From a virus (Duplodnaviria > Caudoviricetes), in the IMG/VR virus record IMGVR_UViG_3300014043_000503, positions 51,182 through 115,181 of that record: DNA of 64,000 bases. One strand, given 5' to 3'. Positions within the stretch are counted from its first letter, which is position 1. Each line of letters starts with the position of its first letter. Below are positions 18,980 through 28,975 of the stretch, piece after piece. The position numbers were made by a program, and so were the translations under genes. The notes below the pieces were generated by a model. That model made no database searches. It was not told where the DNA came from and was given only the letters and a program-made list of their open reading frames with translations.

Positions 18980-20362
18980 ATGGCAAAGGATATACTTATC
19001 GACATTGACGAGAGGGACGTGCTTGTAGGGAACGAAGGTGCGGGCACGAGGACGTTCTTTGACGTCATCTGGGGTGACATACTGGATGGCGATGACGGCA
19101 GCAAGCTCTATGCGAACGTCGTTATCCCCACCAACCACATCAATACGCTCACCCCTGGAAGCGACGGGTGCTACTACATGTACATCAAGTCCGACTACAT
19201 GCCTTCGAACAGGTATTTCTACTTCAGGTTCGTCTATAGCGCCGAGGTATATAGGCCGATATCCGACTTCGACGCCAACCTCCCGAGCGAGGCCCCGGCA
19301 TATTCCTACGTCTTCACCGACGAATATGCGAGGAAGATCATGGCTTCCCAGCTGATGATGGTGAACGTTGACGGCTACTACCTGATACGCTTCTACAAGA
19401 GCGGCTACGACATATTTGACAGGGCCTACCTGTACGACGGCCTTGAGACTGATTTCCTCTCAGGATACAGCGATGACCAGAGCGCCCAGGTGCTTGCCAT
19501 CTGTGACGCGGGGAAGCATTACCGCTACCCCACCACCGGCATCGGCATCACGGACTACATCAATTCCGTAGTCACCAACTCGGATATTGCCGGGAAGATA
19601 CTTAGCCAGTATGAATCGGACGGCGTCTCGGTAAGCGATGCGTCGTTCACATCGGCAACCGGCAGGCTTCAGGTGGAGCTTGCAGCCAAGGAACCTGACG
19701 TGGAGGCCGTTCCCCTCATATCCATCGACAAGCTGGACATGAGCATCATATCAGCCATGACGGACAGCTATATGAGGGCCATGAACTACATGGATACATC
19801 GAACAAGGAGCTGTTCCTCTCGCTGATGGCCGAATATGAGGAGTATATCGGACTGGTGTTCCTCAATGACAGCACCTCCACCATGCACCTGCTTACGGAG
19901 ACAGTTGAGGAAGGCCAGATACTTAACGCGGACGGTACGGCGAGCGCGTCACCGAGCTATACCGTAGTCACCGTCAGCATGGAATCGGGCGTTTTCGTGG
20001 TCTTTGACGTACCACACTACAATTCCGACGATGAGCATCCAGTCATGTGCCTGTACGACTCATACGGTACGATGGTGTTCGCCGATACCGTGGGGGCTGA
20101 CAGGAGCCTTGGGAACGAATACATGCAATGCGCCTACATAGCCAAGCCGTGCATCATGAAATACTGCATACTCACTGAAGACTATGAGGCCGGACACGGC
20201 ATCTTCCAGCTTGAGGATACCTGGGACAACTACAAGAACATCGCCATCATCCCGGTGGATTCGATTACCGGAGATGTGAGCGGACTGATATACGTCGGCT
20301 CCAACATAACCGACATCGTAGAGAACGTGAACAGTGGTGAAATCATAACGAACCGAGTCTAA
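18980..20362 (+). CDS. Baseplate-associated protein containing a gp25-like segment
   Basis: MAKDILID start and GKHYRYPTTGIGITDYIN motif; late motif upstream. Confidence 0.45.
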   Translation: MAKDILIDIDERDVLVGNEGAGTRTFFDVIWGDILDGDDGSKLYANVVIPTNHINTLTPGSDGCYYMYIKSDYMPSNRYFYFRFVYSAEVYRPISDFDANLPSEAPAYSYVFTDEYARKIMASQLMMVNVDGYYLIRFYKSGYDIFDRAYLYDGLETDFLSGYSDDQSAQVLAICDAGKHYRYPTTGIGITDYINSVVTNSDIAGKILSQYESDGVSVSDASFTSATGRLQVELAAKEPDVEAVPLISIDKLDMSIISAMTDSYMRAMNYMDTSNKELFLSLMAEYEEYIGLVFLNDSTSTMHLLTETVEEGQILNADGTASASPSYTVVTVSMESGVFVVFDVPHYNSDDEHPVMCLYDSYGTMVFADTVGADRSLGNEYMQCAYIAKPCIMKYCILTEDYEAGHGIFQLEDTWDNYKNIAIIPVDSITGDVSGLIYVGSNITDIVENVNSGEIITNRV

Positions 20363-20958
20363 TGAGCAGCGTCATCAGCATAGGAAAGAAGCCCGTATAT
20401 AGGGGTGTCTATAACTCCACGGTCAAATACTACAGTGAGAACATGGTGGCCATGTGCGCCTGCATGTTCCAGTGCGTAGCCCCGTCCATCGTCGGGGTTC
20501 CCCCAATCACCATAGACGGCAGCGGCAGGGCCTCGTTCGCCAATACGTCTTCGTGGAACGTGGTCATAGACAACCTATCGCTCTACAACAACATAACCTA
20601 CGTGGAGGAAAAGACGAGCCTGATCAGGAACACCGTGGATGAGTTCGTCGTGACCATCTCGGACGATTGGGCTGAGGACACCGACTATGTGGTGGGGAAC
20701 TACGTGATCAGGGGAGGTGCCCTGTATGAATGTATCTCGGCACATAACTCCGGAAGCACGTTTGACCCGACGAAATGGGAGCAGACCACCATCGCGAACA
20801 TGGTTGACACCCTCAGCGCGGACATCATAAGGCTCGCCAATGCCATATCGAGCATCGTGGATTCAGACATCTACCTTACCGAAAGCGAGTATGAGGCACT
20901 CGTGGAGGCCGGTGAGGTTGATCCTGACAAGAGATACTTTACCTACGAGGACGAATGA
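20362..20958 (+). CDS. Virion protein with CBM5/12-like module
   Basis: WAEDTDYVVGNYVIRGGALYECISAHNS...KW; C-terminal LTESEYEAL..DPDKRYF motif. Confidence 0.55.
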   Translation: MSSVISIGKKPVYRGVYNSTVKYYSENMVAMCACMFQCVAPSIVGVPPITIDGSGRASFANTSSWNVVIDNLSLYNNITYVEEKTSLIRNTVDEFVVTISDDWAEDTDYVVGNYVIRGGALYECISAHNSGSTFDPTKWEQTTIANMVDTLSADIIRLANAISSIVDSDIYLTESEYEALVEAGEVDPDKRYFTYEDE

Positions 20959-21131
20959 TATACAGGAACGGTCAGGAAACGACGGGCATCTACCATGCAG
21001 GCAGGGCTATAACCGCAGTATATACTGGGTTAAGGCTCGTATGGCAGAACGTCAGGAGTTGCTTTGGCAAGGGTTACTGGATAGACGAGAAGCCGTGGGA
21101 CGATTCCGACGGCTGGAGTGACGGAATTTAA
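20955..21131 (+). CDS. 58-aa Trp-rich fibre-associated protein (not in the ORF track)
   Basis: ATGA overlap; MIYRNGQETTGIYHAGRAITAVYTGLRLVWQNVRSCFGKGYWIDEKPWDDSDGWSDGI*. Confidence 0.7.
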   Translation: MIYRNGQETTGIYHAGRAITAVYTGLRLVWQNVRSCFGKGYWIDEKPWDDSDGWSDGI

Positions 21132-21144
21132 AAAACAAGATATA

Positions 21145-24100
21145 ATGGCAAAGAAGGATTTATATACCGAGGATATTGACAAGCACGTGAACTGGAACGG
21201 TGACGAGACCACCGGCGGCAAGAAAGTCCGTGGCGACAAGGTTCAGAAGTTTATCAAGGACACTTTCGAGGGGAAGGTCGGGTACGTACATACCGACACC
21301 GAGGAAGCGAGGTGCTACGCCTTTGCCGATGAGGAGGAGTACAAGAAGTGGGAGGCGGACGGAAGACCTGAGGGTGCCTATATCTCGACATGGGAAGCCC
21401 CTGCCAACTATTCCGCTGAGATTATCGACAACGACGGTGCTGCCATCAGGTACGTGGCCGTTGACGATAAGGACGTGTATCTCAACTTCACTCCCAGGAT
21501 CACCAACAAGAGCGGCCAGAACACCAACGAATCCGTAACCGTCACGATCACCTACTCCAACAACGGCACGAACGTCACGGTGACGAACAACTACATATCA
21601 GGAACCTCGGTATCAATCCTGATGGACAGCTACCTTCAGGTCGGCACCAACTCCATTACCATCAAGGTGACTGGTGCAAGCTCAAAAGCAACGACCTCCA
21701 TCGGTATCACGGTGTACAAGCTTGCCCTTACCCTTACCTCCACCTTTGCCTTCAACAGCATGTTCCCGACTGGGTATATCAACGTGCCCTACCACCTTGA
21801 GGGAAACGGAACCAAGACCGTAGAGATATTCCTTGACGGCACAAAGGTAGGTGATTCAAGCACCTATTCAACAAAGACTGATAACTCATTCAACGTCAAT
21901 GCGGTAACTGCTGGTGTGCATACCATTCAGTTAAGGGCTTTCATTGACAATAACGGTACGGCATTCTATTCCAGGACGCTGTATTTCCAGGTAGTCGTTG
22001 GCGAGATTGACCGTGTCGGCTTTGCCATGAGCGCAGAGCTTCCAAGGGGCGGGCTTATCACGTCTGACAATTCGGTAGCCCTGACAGGCGAGCAGTTTGC
22101 GAGGATCAATTTCGACTGGGCCATCGTCACTTCAAGGAGCGCCACCTATTCCGTGGTGTTCAACGATGGCACAAGGGACGTAAGCTCCGTTACCACCTCA
22201 AGCGGCCAGCTCCATACGTTCACCTATCTCTCCAAGACCGCAGGCGTAGTCACCATCAGGGTTTCCTACGGCTCGGAGGAACTGGAGATACCCATCACGT
22301 TCGTAGAGAGCACGCTGAAGATAAGCGACTATACCAACGACCTTATCCTTGACCTTTCCGCTGAAGGGCGTTCCAACAGCGACACGGACAAGGACAGCTG
22401 GATATCGAACGGATATGCCTCTACCTTCAGCAACTTCGCATGGAGCAAGAGGAGCGGCTGGAACGGACAGGCCCTCGTGGTTTCAAACGGCGCGACGCTC
22501 GACGTGAACATCAGACCGTTCTCATTCAACCCGACATCGAGGGGAACGACCATCGAGATAGAGTTTGAGACTGCCGACGTTGAGGATGAGGAGGCCGTAA
22601 TCTGCCGTTGCGGTGCCGGTTCGAACGGCCTTACCATCACCCCGGTAAACGCTACGCTGGCGGCAACCGGAGGCTCCAAGATATTCACTGAGTTCAAGAA
22701 CGACGAGCGCATCAGGCTTGCATTCGTCATCAACCCCTATTCGGGCGTAACGGACTCGAAGCTCCTGTATATCGTCAACAACGGTATCAATGAGCGTGGA
22801 AGATCCTATGCCACCCAGAACGACTTCAATATCTCAGACACGCTCCATTTCTATTCAACTGGGGCGACCATCAAGATATACAATATCAGGATCTACCAGC
22901 AGGCCGTTCCAGTGAGCAACCTGCTGGATAACCGCATCATCAGCTCAGACAACATATCATCCCTGTTTGAGAAGAACGACATCTATGAGGACGGCAAGGT
23001 GTCTCTGACGAAGCTGAGGAACATGATCCCCGTCATGTGCATCACCCACATCAACAGGAGCGGAAACCCCTCGCTGCTCTCACTCAGCGACAAGGACACG
23101 CGCTCCTACAACAACGTGGAATACACGAACCCGTTTGACCCGACGAGGAACTTCACGGCCTTCAACATGCGCTGGAGGCTCCAGGGTACTTCATCGCTCA
23201 AGTATCCGAGGAAGAACTTCAGGTTCTACACCAAATACTGCGACTATCTCTATGATGCTAACGGAATCGAGATCACCAGCAAGAAATACTCGTTCAAGGT
23301 CGGTTCCATCCCGGTGAACTGCTTCTGCCTGAAGGCCGATGCAGCGGAATCCTCAGGAACGCACAACACCGGTATTGCAAGGCTCGTGAACGATGCCATG
23401 AAGAACATGAGGATATCATCGAGCGTGGCAGCCAAGTACGGAAAGTCATACGACACCGAATACCTTGGCAAGACGCAGGCCCAGATAAACGCTGAGAACA
23501 ACGGCTACGAATACGACGTGAGAACCTGTATCGACGGTTTCCCGATCGTGATCTTCTACCGCTATTCCGACGTGAGCGACTGGATCTTCCTCGGCCAGTA
23601 CAACTTCAACAACGACAAGTCAACGGAGGACGTGTTCGGCTTCACAGGAGAGAATGCAACAGGCCATTCGGAGTGCTGGGAATGCCTTGACAACACCAAT
23701 CCCAACGCCCTCTTCACGGACATCTCAAACTGGTATGAGGACGTCACGGACGAGGAAGGGAGCACCGTCAAGGGCTGGGAGCGCGCATTCGAGGCCCGCT
23801 ATCCCGATGATGGCTCAGACGCTAACACGGCCAATCTCTATACGTTCGCCACATGGCTCGTAGGCTCAACCGTAGGCTCCGCAAAGTTCACGGCTGAGAA
23901 GTGGGAGCACATGGACGTATGGAAGATGGCAGCCTACTACGTCTATCTGATGAGGTTCGCAGGTGCCGACCAGTTTGTGAAGAACTCCATGCTGACAACC
24001 GAGGACGGCGAGCATTGGTACTACATCAACTACGATAACGATACGGTCATGGGTCTGGAGAACAACGGAGACCTGACGATCCCCTTCAATGCAGACCGCC

Positions 24101-27100
24101 AGACGCAGGCAGCCGACATGACATACGTATTCGCAGGACACAACTCAAAGCTCTGGAACTGCCTTGAGGGTGACGCTGAGTTTATGAACATCGTGAAGGA
24201 CGTTGACCAGGCACTCTACGGCTACTACAACTATGAGTCTTGCTGCAGGATGTTCGATGAGGAGCAGTCTGACAAGTGGTGCGAGGCCATCTACAACGAG
24301 AACGGACGCTACAAGTATATCGAGCCATACCTTGCCGGAACCGACTACCTTGCCATGCTTCAGGGTTCGCGTAAGTCACACCGTCACTACTGGCTCTCAC
24401 ACCGTTTTGAGATGCTGGATGCACGGTGGGGCACGGGCAGCTTCATCCAGAACTCCATCGAGTTCAAGTGCAATACCGGAACGGTGGTGACGGCTGAAAA
24501 GAAGCTCACCATCATCGCCGGAAAGAAGCTCAACTATGCCTGGGGCCTTGATAACGCAATCTATGAGCACACCGGCGTCCTCGATGCGAACGAGACCAAG
24601 GTGTTCATCCCATACGACCAGGGCGTGAGGGAACTCGCCATCGGTAACTCCGTATGTATCTACCCAGCCCCCTGCATCGAGGGCATAGACGTGTCTGACT
24701 TTGCCGACACCATGCGAGAGATACACTTCTCAAAGGCGGCAAACGGATTCACCGGCTGCTACCTGAAGAGGCTCATCATCGGAGGCGCTTCGGTAAACAA
24801 CCAGCTCGACTTCAACATGGACGGCCTGACAGCCATCGGAAGCGTGGAGTATATCGACGTGAGGGGATTCCACAGGATGACCTCGCTCGACCTCTCAACG
24901 CTCATCAACCTCCATACGTTCCTTGCAGAGAACAGCGGTATCACCTCGTTCATCCCATCCTCAGGCTGCGTGCTTGAATCGGTTTCGCTCCCATCCAGCA
25001 TCCAGACGCTTGAGCTTGTGGACGTGACTATCCCGACCGTCAATACGTTTGCATACACCCCGACCAGCGCCCTCCAGTACCTCACCCTCAGGAACGTGAA
25101 GGGTGATGGCATTGACTCGCTCGCCTTCATCATGACATGGCTGAATGCCATCGGAGATGACGAGGAAAGGCTGGCAGAGGTTGAGCTTATCGCAACCAAC
25201 GTGGCTTGGAGCAACGTAACGGTCGAACAGCTGTTTGCCATCGGAAAGATCGGGAACAGGACGCTCTCAGGCGTGGCATCGCTCTCGACCACACCGAGCG
25301 ATGAAGACCTGCAGAAACTCATCGAGCTTTACGGGACAGACTGCTTCAAGTCTGACGCGCTGTTCATGATCGACGCTGAAGGAGGTACGCTTTTCTACGG
25401 CCCCAGCACCCTGAAGTCCGGAGAGGAAAGCTACTACGGCTATATCGGATTCCCCATCACGGGAGGCTCTTCACAGTATTCGCTACTTATCCCGGGAGGT
25501 GTGTACAACGAGACTACGAGGCTATATGAATACGATACCGTGACGCTGAACCCTGAGACCGGCCTTCTGCTTACGACTGAAAGCGGGACGGACTGCGATT
25601 TCGTCATCAGGGCCAAGTCGAACTTTGACGAGAGCGTCTATTTCGAAAAGCAGGTAAGCGTCAAGGCAAGGTCTTATCCCCAGAGCGTCACCCTCACCGT
25701 TGACAGGGAGAACATCAACAGCACCTCACAGGAATGTATCTTCACGGCAGAGCTTTCCCCTGAGGTGTTTGACGGAACCATAAGCGTCGCATGGAGCTGG
25801 AACGACAACAATTTCTACAAGATATCGGAATGGAAGGTTGACAACAACACATATTGTGCCAAGTTCGGTACGGTGTATATCTCAGACAAGCTGCTTGAGG
25901 TAGATGTGACGGCCACCTTCACAACCTATATCGGAGGCGTCGTCGCGGCTTCGTCCTATGTCGTGGTCAGCAACAAGACGATCGCCATGACGAGCAGGAC
26001 GAACCATGAGGCAATGGCGGCTACATACGCGGCTGGATTCAGCAACAGCAGCAGGGTCTTCAGCACCGAGGAGGCCAGGGCCGTGAAGAGCCTTGGCATG
26101 GCCTATGCCGGATCAGACATCGTGACCTTTGACGAGTTCAAGTATTTCACGGGTCTCACCTCCATTCCTGCAGGTGCGTTTGCAGGGTGCCTGAGCCTTG
26201 AGGAAATCACCATCCCGGCTTGTCAGGCCACCATCGGAGATGCGCTCTTTGAAGGCTGTGCATCCCTTGAGAAGATAACGCTCAACCATCCTTCATGGAG
26301 CAACAGGTATCTCGGAAGCGGAACCGTATTGTCTGAGTATGCCGTAGGAGCTGAGAACACCAACCTCAGGAGTTTCGACGGCATCATATACGACGTGCTG
26401 GGAACGGAGCTCTATGCAGTACCGGCCAACATCACGGAGATAGCGTTCGAAAGCACCATGACCGCCATCCATGCAGGCGCGATGGCTTACTGTGACATAG
26501 AGGAAGTGACCATACCGACAGTCATTACAGTCGTTCCCGATCAGATGTGTAAGGGCTGCACTTCCCTTGTCACGGCCATCCTCTCGACTGGAACCGTAAG
26601 CGTTGGCGCAAAGGCTTTCGAGGGCTGCGCTGCGCTGAAGAAGCTTGAGGTAAGGACGGCATCAGTACCTACCCTCGTCAATGCGGATGCGTTTACTGGA
26701 ACGCCCATCAACGGAGGCGCGGGCTATATCTATGCGACTACCGATACATGGGGGGACTTCAAGGCCGCTACCAACTGGATCACATATGCCAGCAACATCA
26801 TCGCTTACATCATCTTTGAGGACGCTGAGGTCAGCAGGATATGTTGCACGACCTGGGGTGACTATATCGAGGTGAAGGTGACTACTGTCATTACCGACGA
26901 AAGCGACGTGGTGAACATCACGACCGTCACCACCCCCGTATCCATGAGAAACACCACCGCTACAAGGGGAACCTCGGTCACTGAGACATCTACGAGGGCC
27001 AAGACTTCTGAAGATACGGCAGGCTCTACGACCACTACCACAAAGACACCCGTCAGCATGACAACCATGCAGGCTGCTGCTGTAAGTTCTATTGGGACTA

Positions 27101-27480
27101 TTGTTAACGTTCTCGGACACTTAAAGATTGTAGATGTCACACGTACATTCCCAACAACGGTTCCTATTTACGGACTGATAGCAGTTTATACAATCAAAAC
27201 AGCGGATTGCTCTGTTGTTTTCAATACTGACACCAGCCACACTATACGATTGTTCATGTGGAATATGTATTGGGGCTATATTGACGGTGGTGGCTCATAT
27301 AGAGTTATTACAACGTGGAGAAGTATTGGCGATAATAAGTATTTAACATTCTTCGATGATTCACGTTCTAATCCTTATGTTGATGTTTACGTCAACTTTT
27401 CAACCATTAACGGTTATCAACCACAAAACTATAAAACAGGCTATGTATTTGCCCTTGTCGATAGCAGAAATCTTGAATAA
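21145..27480 (+). CDS. Giant tail fibre / receptor-binding protein: Ig/LamG-like, CotH-kinase-like, LRR/BspA repeats, switchable C-terminus
   Basis: ATG 21145; QGTSSLKYPRKNF, DQFVKN, YDND; FDEFKYFTGLTSIPAGAFAGCLSLEEITIP repeats; abrupt GC drop after 27090. Confidence 0.8.
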   Translation: MAKKDLYTEDIDKHVNWNGDETTGGKKVRGDKVQKFIKDTFEGKVGYVHTDTEEARCYAFADEEEYKKWEADGRPEGAYISTWEAPANYSAEIIDNDGAAIRYVAVDDKDVYLNFTPRITNKSGQNTNESVTVTITYSNNGTNVTVTNNYISGTSVSILMDSYLQVGTNSITIKVTGASSKATTSIGITVYKLALTLTSTFAFNSMFPTGYINVPYHLEGNGTKTVEIFLDGTKVGDSSTYSTKTDNSFNVNAVTAGVHTIQLRAFIDNNGTAFYSRTLYFQVVVGEIDRVGFAMSAELPRGGLITSDNSVALTGEQFARINFDWAIVTSRSATYSVVFNDGTRDVSSVTTSSGQLHTFTYLSKTAGVVTIRVSYGSEELEIPITFVESTLKISDYTNDLILDLSAEGRSNSDTDKDSWISNGYASTFSNFAWSKRSGWNGQALVVSNGATLDVNIRPFSFNPTSRGTTIEIEFETADVEDEEAVICRCGAGSNGLTITPVNATLAATGGSKIFTEFKNDERIRLAFVINPYSGVTDSKLLYIVNNGINERGRSYATQNDFNISDTLHFYSTGATIKIYNIRIYQQAVPVSNLLDNRIISSDNISSLFEKNDIYEDGKVSLTKLRNMIPVMCITHINRSGNPSLLSLSDKDTRSYNNVEYTNPFDPTRNFTAFNMRWRLQGTSSLKYPRKNFRFYTKYCDYLYDANGIEITSKKYSFKVGSIPVNCFCLKADAAESSGTHNTGIARLVNDAMKNMRISSSVAAKYGKSYDTEYLGKTQAQINAENNGYEYDVRTCIDGFPIVIFYRYSDVSDWIFLGQYNFNNDKSTEDVFGFTGENATGHSECWECLDNTNPNALFTDISNWYEDVTDEEGSTVKGWERAFEARYPDDGSDANTANLYTFATWLVGSTVGSAKFTAEKWEHMDVWKMAAYYVYLMRFAGADQFVKNSMLTTEDGEHWYYINYDNDTVMGLENNGDLTIPFNADRQTQAADMTYVFAGHNSKLWNCLEGDAEFMNIVKDVDQALYGYYNYESCCRMFDEEQSDKWCEAIYNENGRYKYIEPYLAGTDYLAMLQGSRKSHRHYWLSHRFEMLDARWGTGSFIQNSIEFKCNTGTVVTAEKKLTIIAGKKLNYAWGLDNAIYEHTGVLDANETKVFIPYDQGVRELAIGNSVCIYPAPCIEGIDVSDFADTMREIHFSKAANGFTGCYLKRLIIGGASVNNQLDFNMDGLTAIGSVEYIDVRGFHRMTSLDLSTLINLHTFLAENSGITSFIPSSGCVLESVSLPSSIQTLELVDVTIPTVNTFAYTPTSALQYLTLRNVKGDGIDSLAFIMTWLNAIGDDEERLAEVELIATNVAWSNVTVEQLFAIGKIGNRTLSGVASLSTTPSDEDLQKLIELYGTDCFKSDALFMIDAEGGTLFYGPSTLKSGEESYYGYIGFPITGGSSQYSLLIPGGVYNETTRLYEYDTVTLNPETGLLLTTESGTDCDFVIRAKSNFDESVYFEKQVSVKARSYPQSVTLTVDRENINSTSQECIFTAELSPEVFDGTISVAWSWNDNNFYKISEWKVDNNTYCAKFGTVYISDKLLEVDVTATFTTYIGGVVAASSYVVVSNKTIAMTSRTNHEAMAATYAAGFSNSSRVFSTEEARAVKSLGMAYAGSDIVTFDEFKYFTGLTSIPAGAFAGCLSLEEITIPACQATIGDALFEGCASLEKITLNHPSWSNRYLGSGTVLSEYAVGAENTNLRSFDGIIYDVLGTELYAVPANITEIAFESTMTAIHAGAMAYCDIEEVTIPTVITVVPDQMCKGCTSLVTAILSTGTVSVGAKAFEGCAALKKLEVRTASVPTLVNADAFTGTPINGGAGYIYATTDTWGDFKAATNWITYASNIIAYIIFEDAEVSRICCTTWGDYIEVKVTTVITDESDVVNITTVTTPVSMRNTTATRGTSVTETSTRAKTSEDTAGSTTTTTKTPVSMTTMQAAAVSSIGTIVNVLGHLKIVDVTRTFPTTVPIYGLIAVYTIKTADCSVVFNTDTSHTIRLFMWNMYWGYIDGGGSYRVITTWRSIGDNKYLTFFDDSRSNPYVDVYVNFSTINGYQPQNYKTGYVFALVDSRNLE
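27085..27099 (+). repeat. Shufflon recombination site 1 (inside the fibre gene)
   Basis: AGTTC-TATTG-GGACT, encodes S-S-I-G-T. Confidence 0.85.
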
Positions 27481-27903
27481 TTACAAATCATATATCACAG
27501 TAAATCCACAGTATGACGTACTTGTAAGCTTAGAATAAAAAGTCCAAGACGAATCATATCCAGTGGCACCAACAGGCACATGAAACTCGTTTGTTCCTGA
27601 ATTTCTTGTATTATAACCTGTTGATGTAGCTGAAGCGTTACCGAATATATATCCATTATCTGCTGTTTTAGGAACTGTCTGCGGATAACACAATATTTTC
27701 TTGAGCCTCGGAGTATTTGCAAATGATCCGTTTCCAAAGCGATTTACGGAAGCTGGAATCCAAATCTCAGTTAATTGGCTACATCCATTAACAAATGAAC
27801 GTCCCATAGTCTTTAGTTTAGAAAAGTATATAAGCTCCCTGAAAGTAACTATCTTTGTATTATTAGTGAATACAGTTGTTGAACTTGTGTTTGCAGTCCC
27901 AAT
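27481..27903 (-). other. Silent alternative fibre C-terminus, cassette B (BspA-like)
   Basis: Open frame from site 2: IGTANTSSTTVFTNNTKIVTFRELIYFSKLKTMGRSFVNGCSQLTEIWIP...; its stop abuts the fibre stop. Confidence 0.85.
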
Positions 27904-27909
27904 AGAGCT
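27895..27909 (-). repeat. Shufflon recombination site 2
   Basis: AGCTC-TATTG-GGACT on the minus strand. Confidence 0.85.
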
Positions 27910-27911
27910 AC

Positions 27912-27926
27912 AATCCTATTGGAACT
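27912..27926 (+). repeat. Shufflon recombination site 3
   Basis: AATCC-TATTG-GAACT. Confidence 0.75.
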
Positions 27927-28442
27927 CTAATCAACAAAATAATAAACATTGCTAATAGCCACTTTCCAGAGGGTGTATATTTTACAGGATTATCTACGAC
28001 TTGGACAAATGGTCTTAGAGGCAACACGGGATTGGTAGAGTTATATATGCCAGACCACATATTGTATCTTAACCTTAATTATTTTATTTACTACGACACT
28101 GTTTTAAAGAAAATACATATTCCAAGAAACCTCGTTGAATGGACTGGCTACCAAACACTATTATTTAATGCAAAACCGTCCGTTCCGATTGATTTCCCTG
28201 AAAGTTGCAAAAAGCTTAACTTTAAGTCCAGTAGCGATAAATCGGTTTCAAAATGTGATGTCATATTGCGTTCCCAAACATTAGTTGATGTCCAGCCCTC
28301 TTCCTACACCAACATATTTGCAAATGATGTAAATATATATGTTCCAAGTGTTTTGATAGATAGCTACAAAGCATTAAACCCATTTGCTAATCGTAACGTA
28401 TATGCTATAGAGGGTTCTAAATATGAAAATGTGATATATTAA
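27918..28442 (+). other. Silent alternative fibre C-terminus, cassette C
   Basis: Open frame from site 3: IGTLINKIINIANSHFPEGVYFTGLSTTW...IYVPSVLIDSYKA... Confidence 0.8.
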
Positions 28443-28465
28443 AAACTATGCGGCGAGTACACGGG

Positions 28466-28969
28466 TTAAACTGTGTACTCACTCATAGACTTAATCTTAG
28501 AAGCAATGCCAGACCAAACGGAAGCGGCCTTGTATGCGCTCACGCTTTCATCTGGAACATAGACGGCAGTTAACTTTGTGAGATAGTTATTACTTCCGAG
28601 ATCCGGAGGCGTGACGGCTCTACAAATAACTATAAAATTCTTTTGGTTTGTATCATAAGGTTGAAGAGAATAACCATTCATTGTTTTCATAGTTGACGGA
28701 AAATCAATCAGCGTTATGTTTCTACTTTCCCAACACCACCTGCCATAAGTGGTAGTTAAACCTTCATTAAATTTCAAAGTTGTTAGATTTAGACAATGTC
28801 TGAAACAGTATGAATTAACCGATGTTCCTATATTTCTCAGACTTGTTGGGAATATAATTTCTGCAATACCACTTCCTTCAAAAGCACCATTGGCCAGCGT
28901 AGTTAAGTTGAAGAACATAAATTCATGGAACTTGCGGATTGTGGTATTGTTACGGAACGCCGTCCCAAT
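28466..28969 (-). other. Silent alternative fibre C-terminus, cassette D (BspA-like)
   Basis: Open frame from site 4: IGTAFRNNTTIRKFHEFMFFNLTTLANGAF...VYVPDESVSAYKAASVW. Confidence 0.85.
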
Positions 28970-28975
28970 AGGACG
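28961..28975 (-). repeat. Shufflon recombination site 4
   Basis: CGTCC-TATTG-GGACG (perfect inverted arms), directly after the recombinase stop codon. Confidence 0.85.

Noticed and set aside
27498-27508. 11-nt match (CAGTAAATCCA) between the tnpB-1 downstream region (5321-5331, minus strand) and cassette B
   Set aside because: Too short, flanks mismatch and the guide boundary is undefined; compatible with chance.
26900-28975. Diversity-generating retroelement at the fibre tip
   Set aside because: No reverse transcriptase and no template/variable repeat pair differing at adenines in the window.
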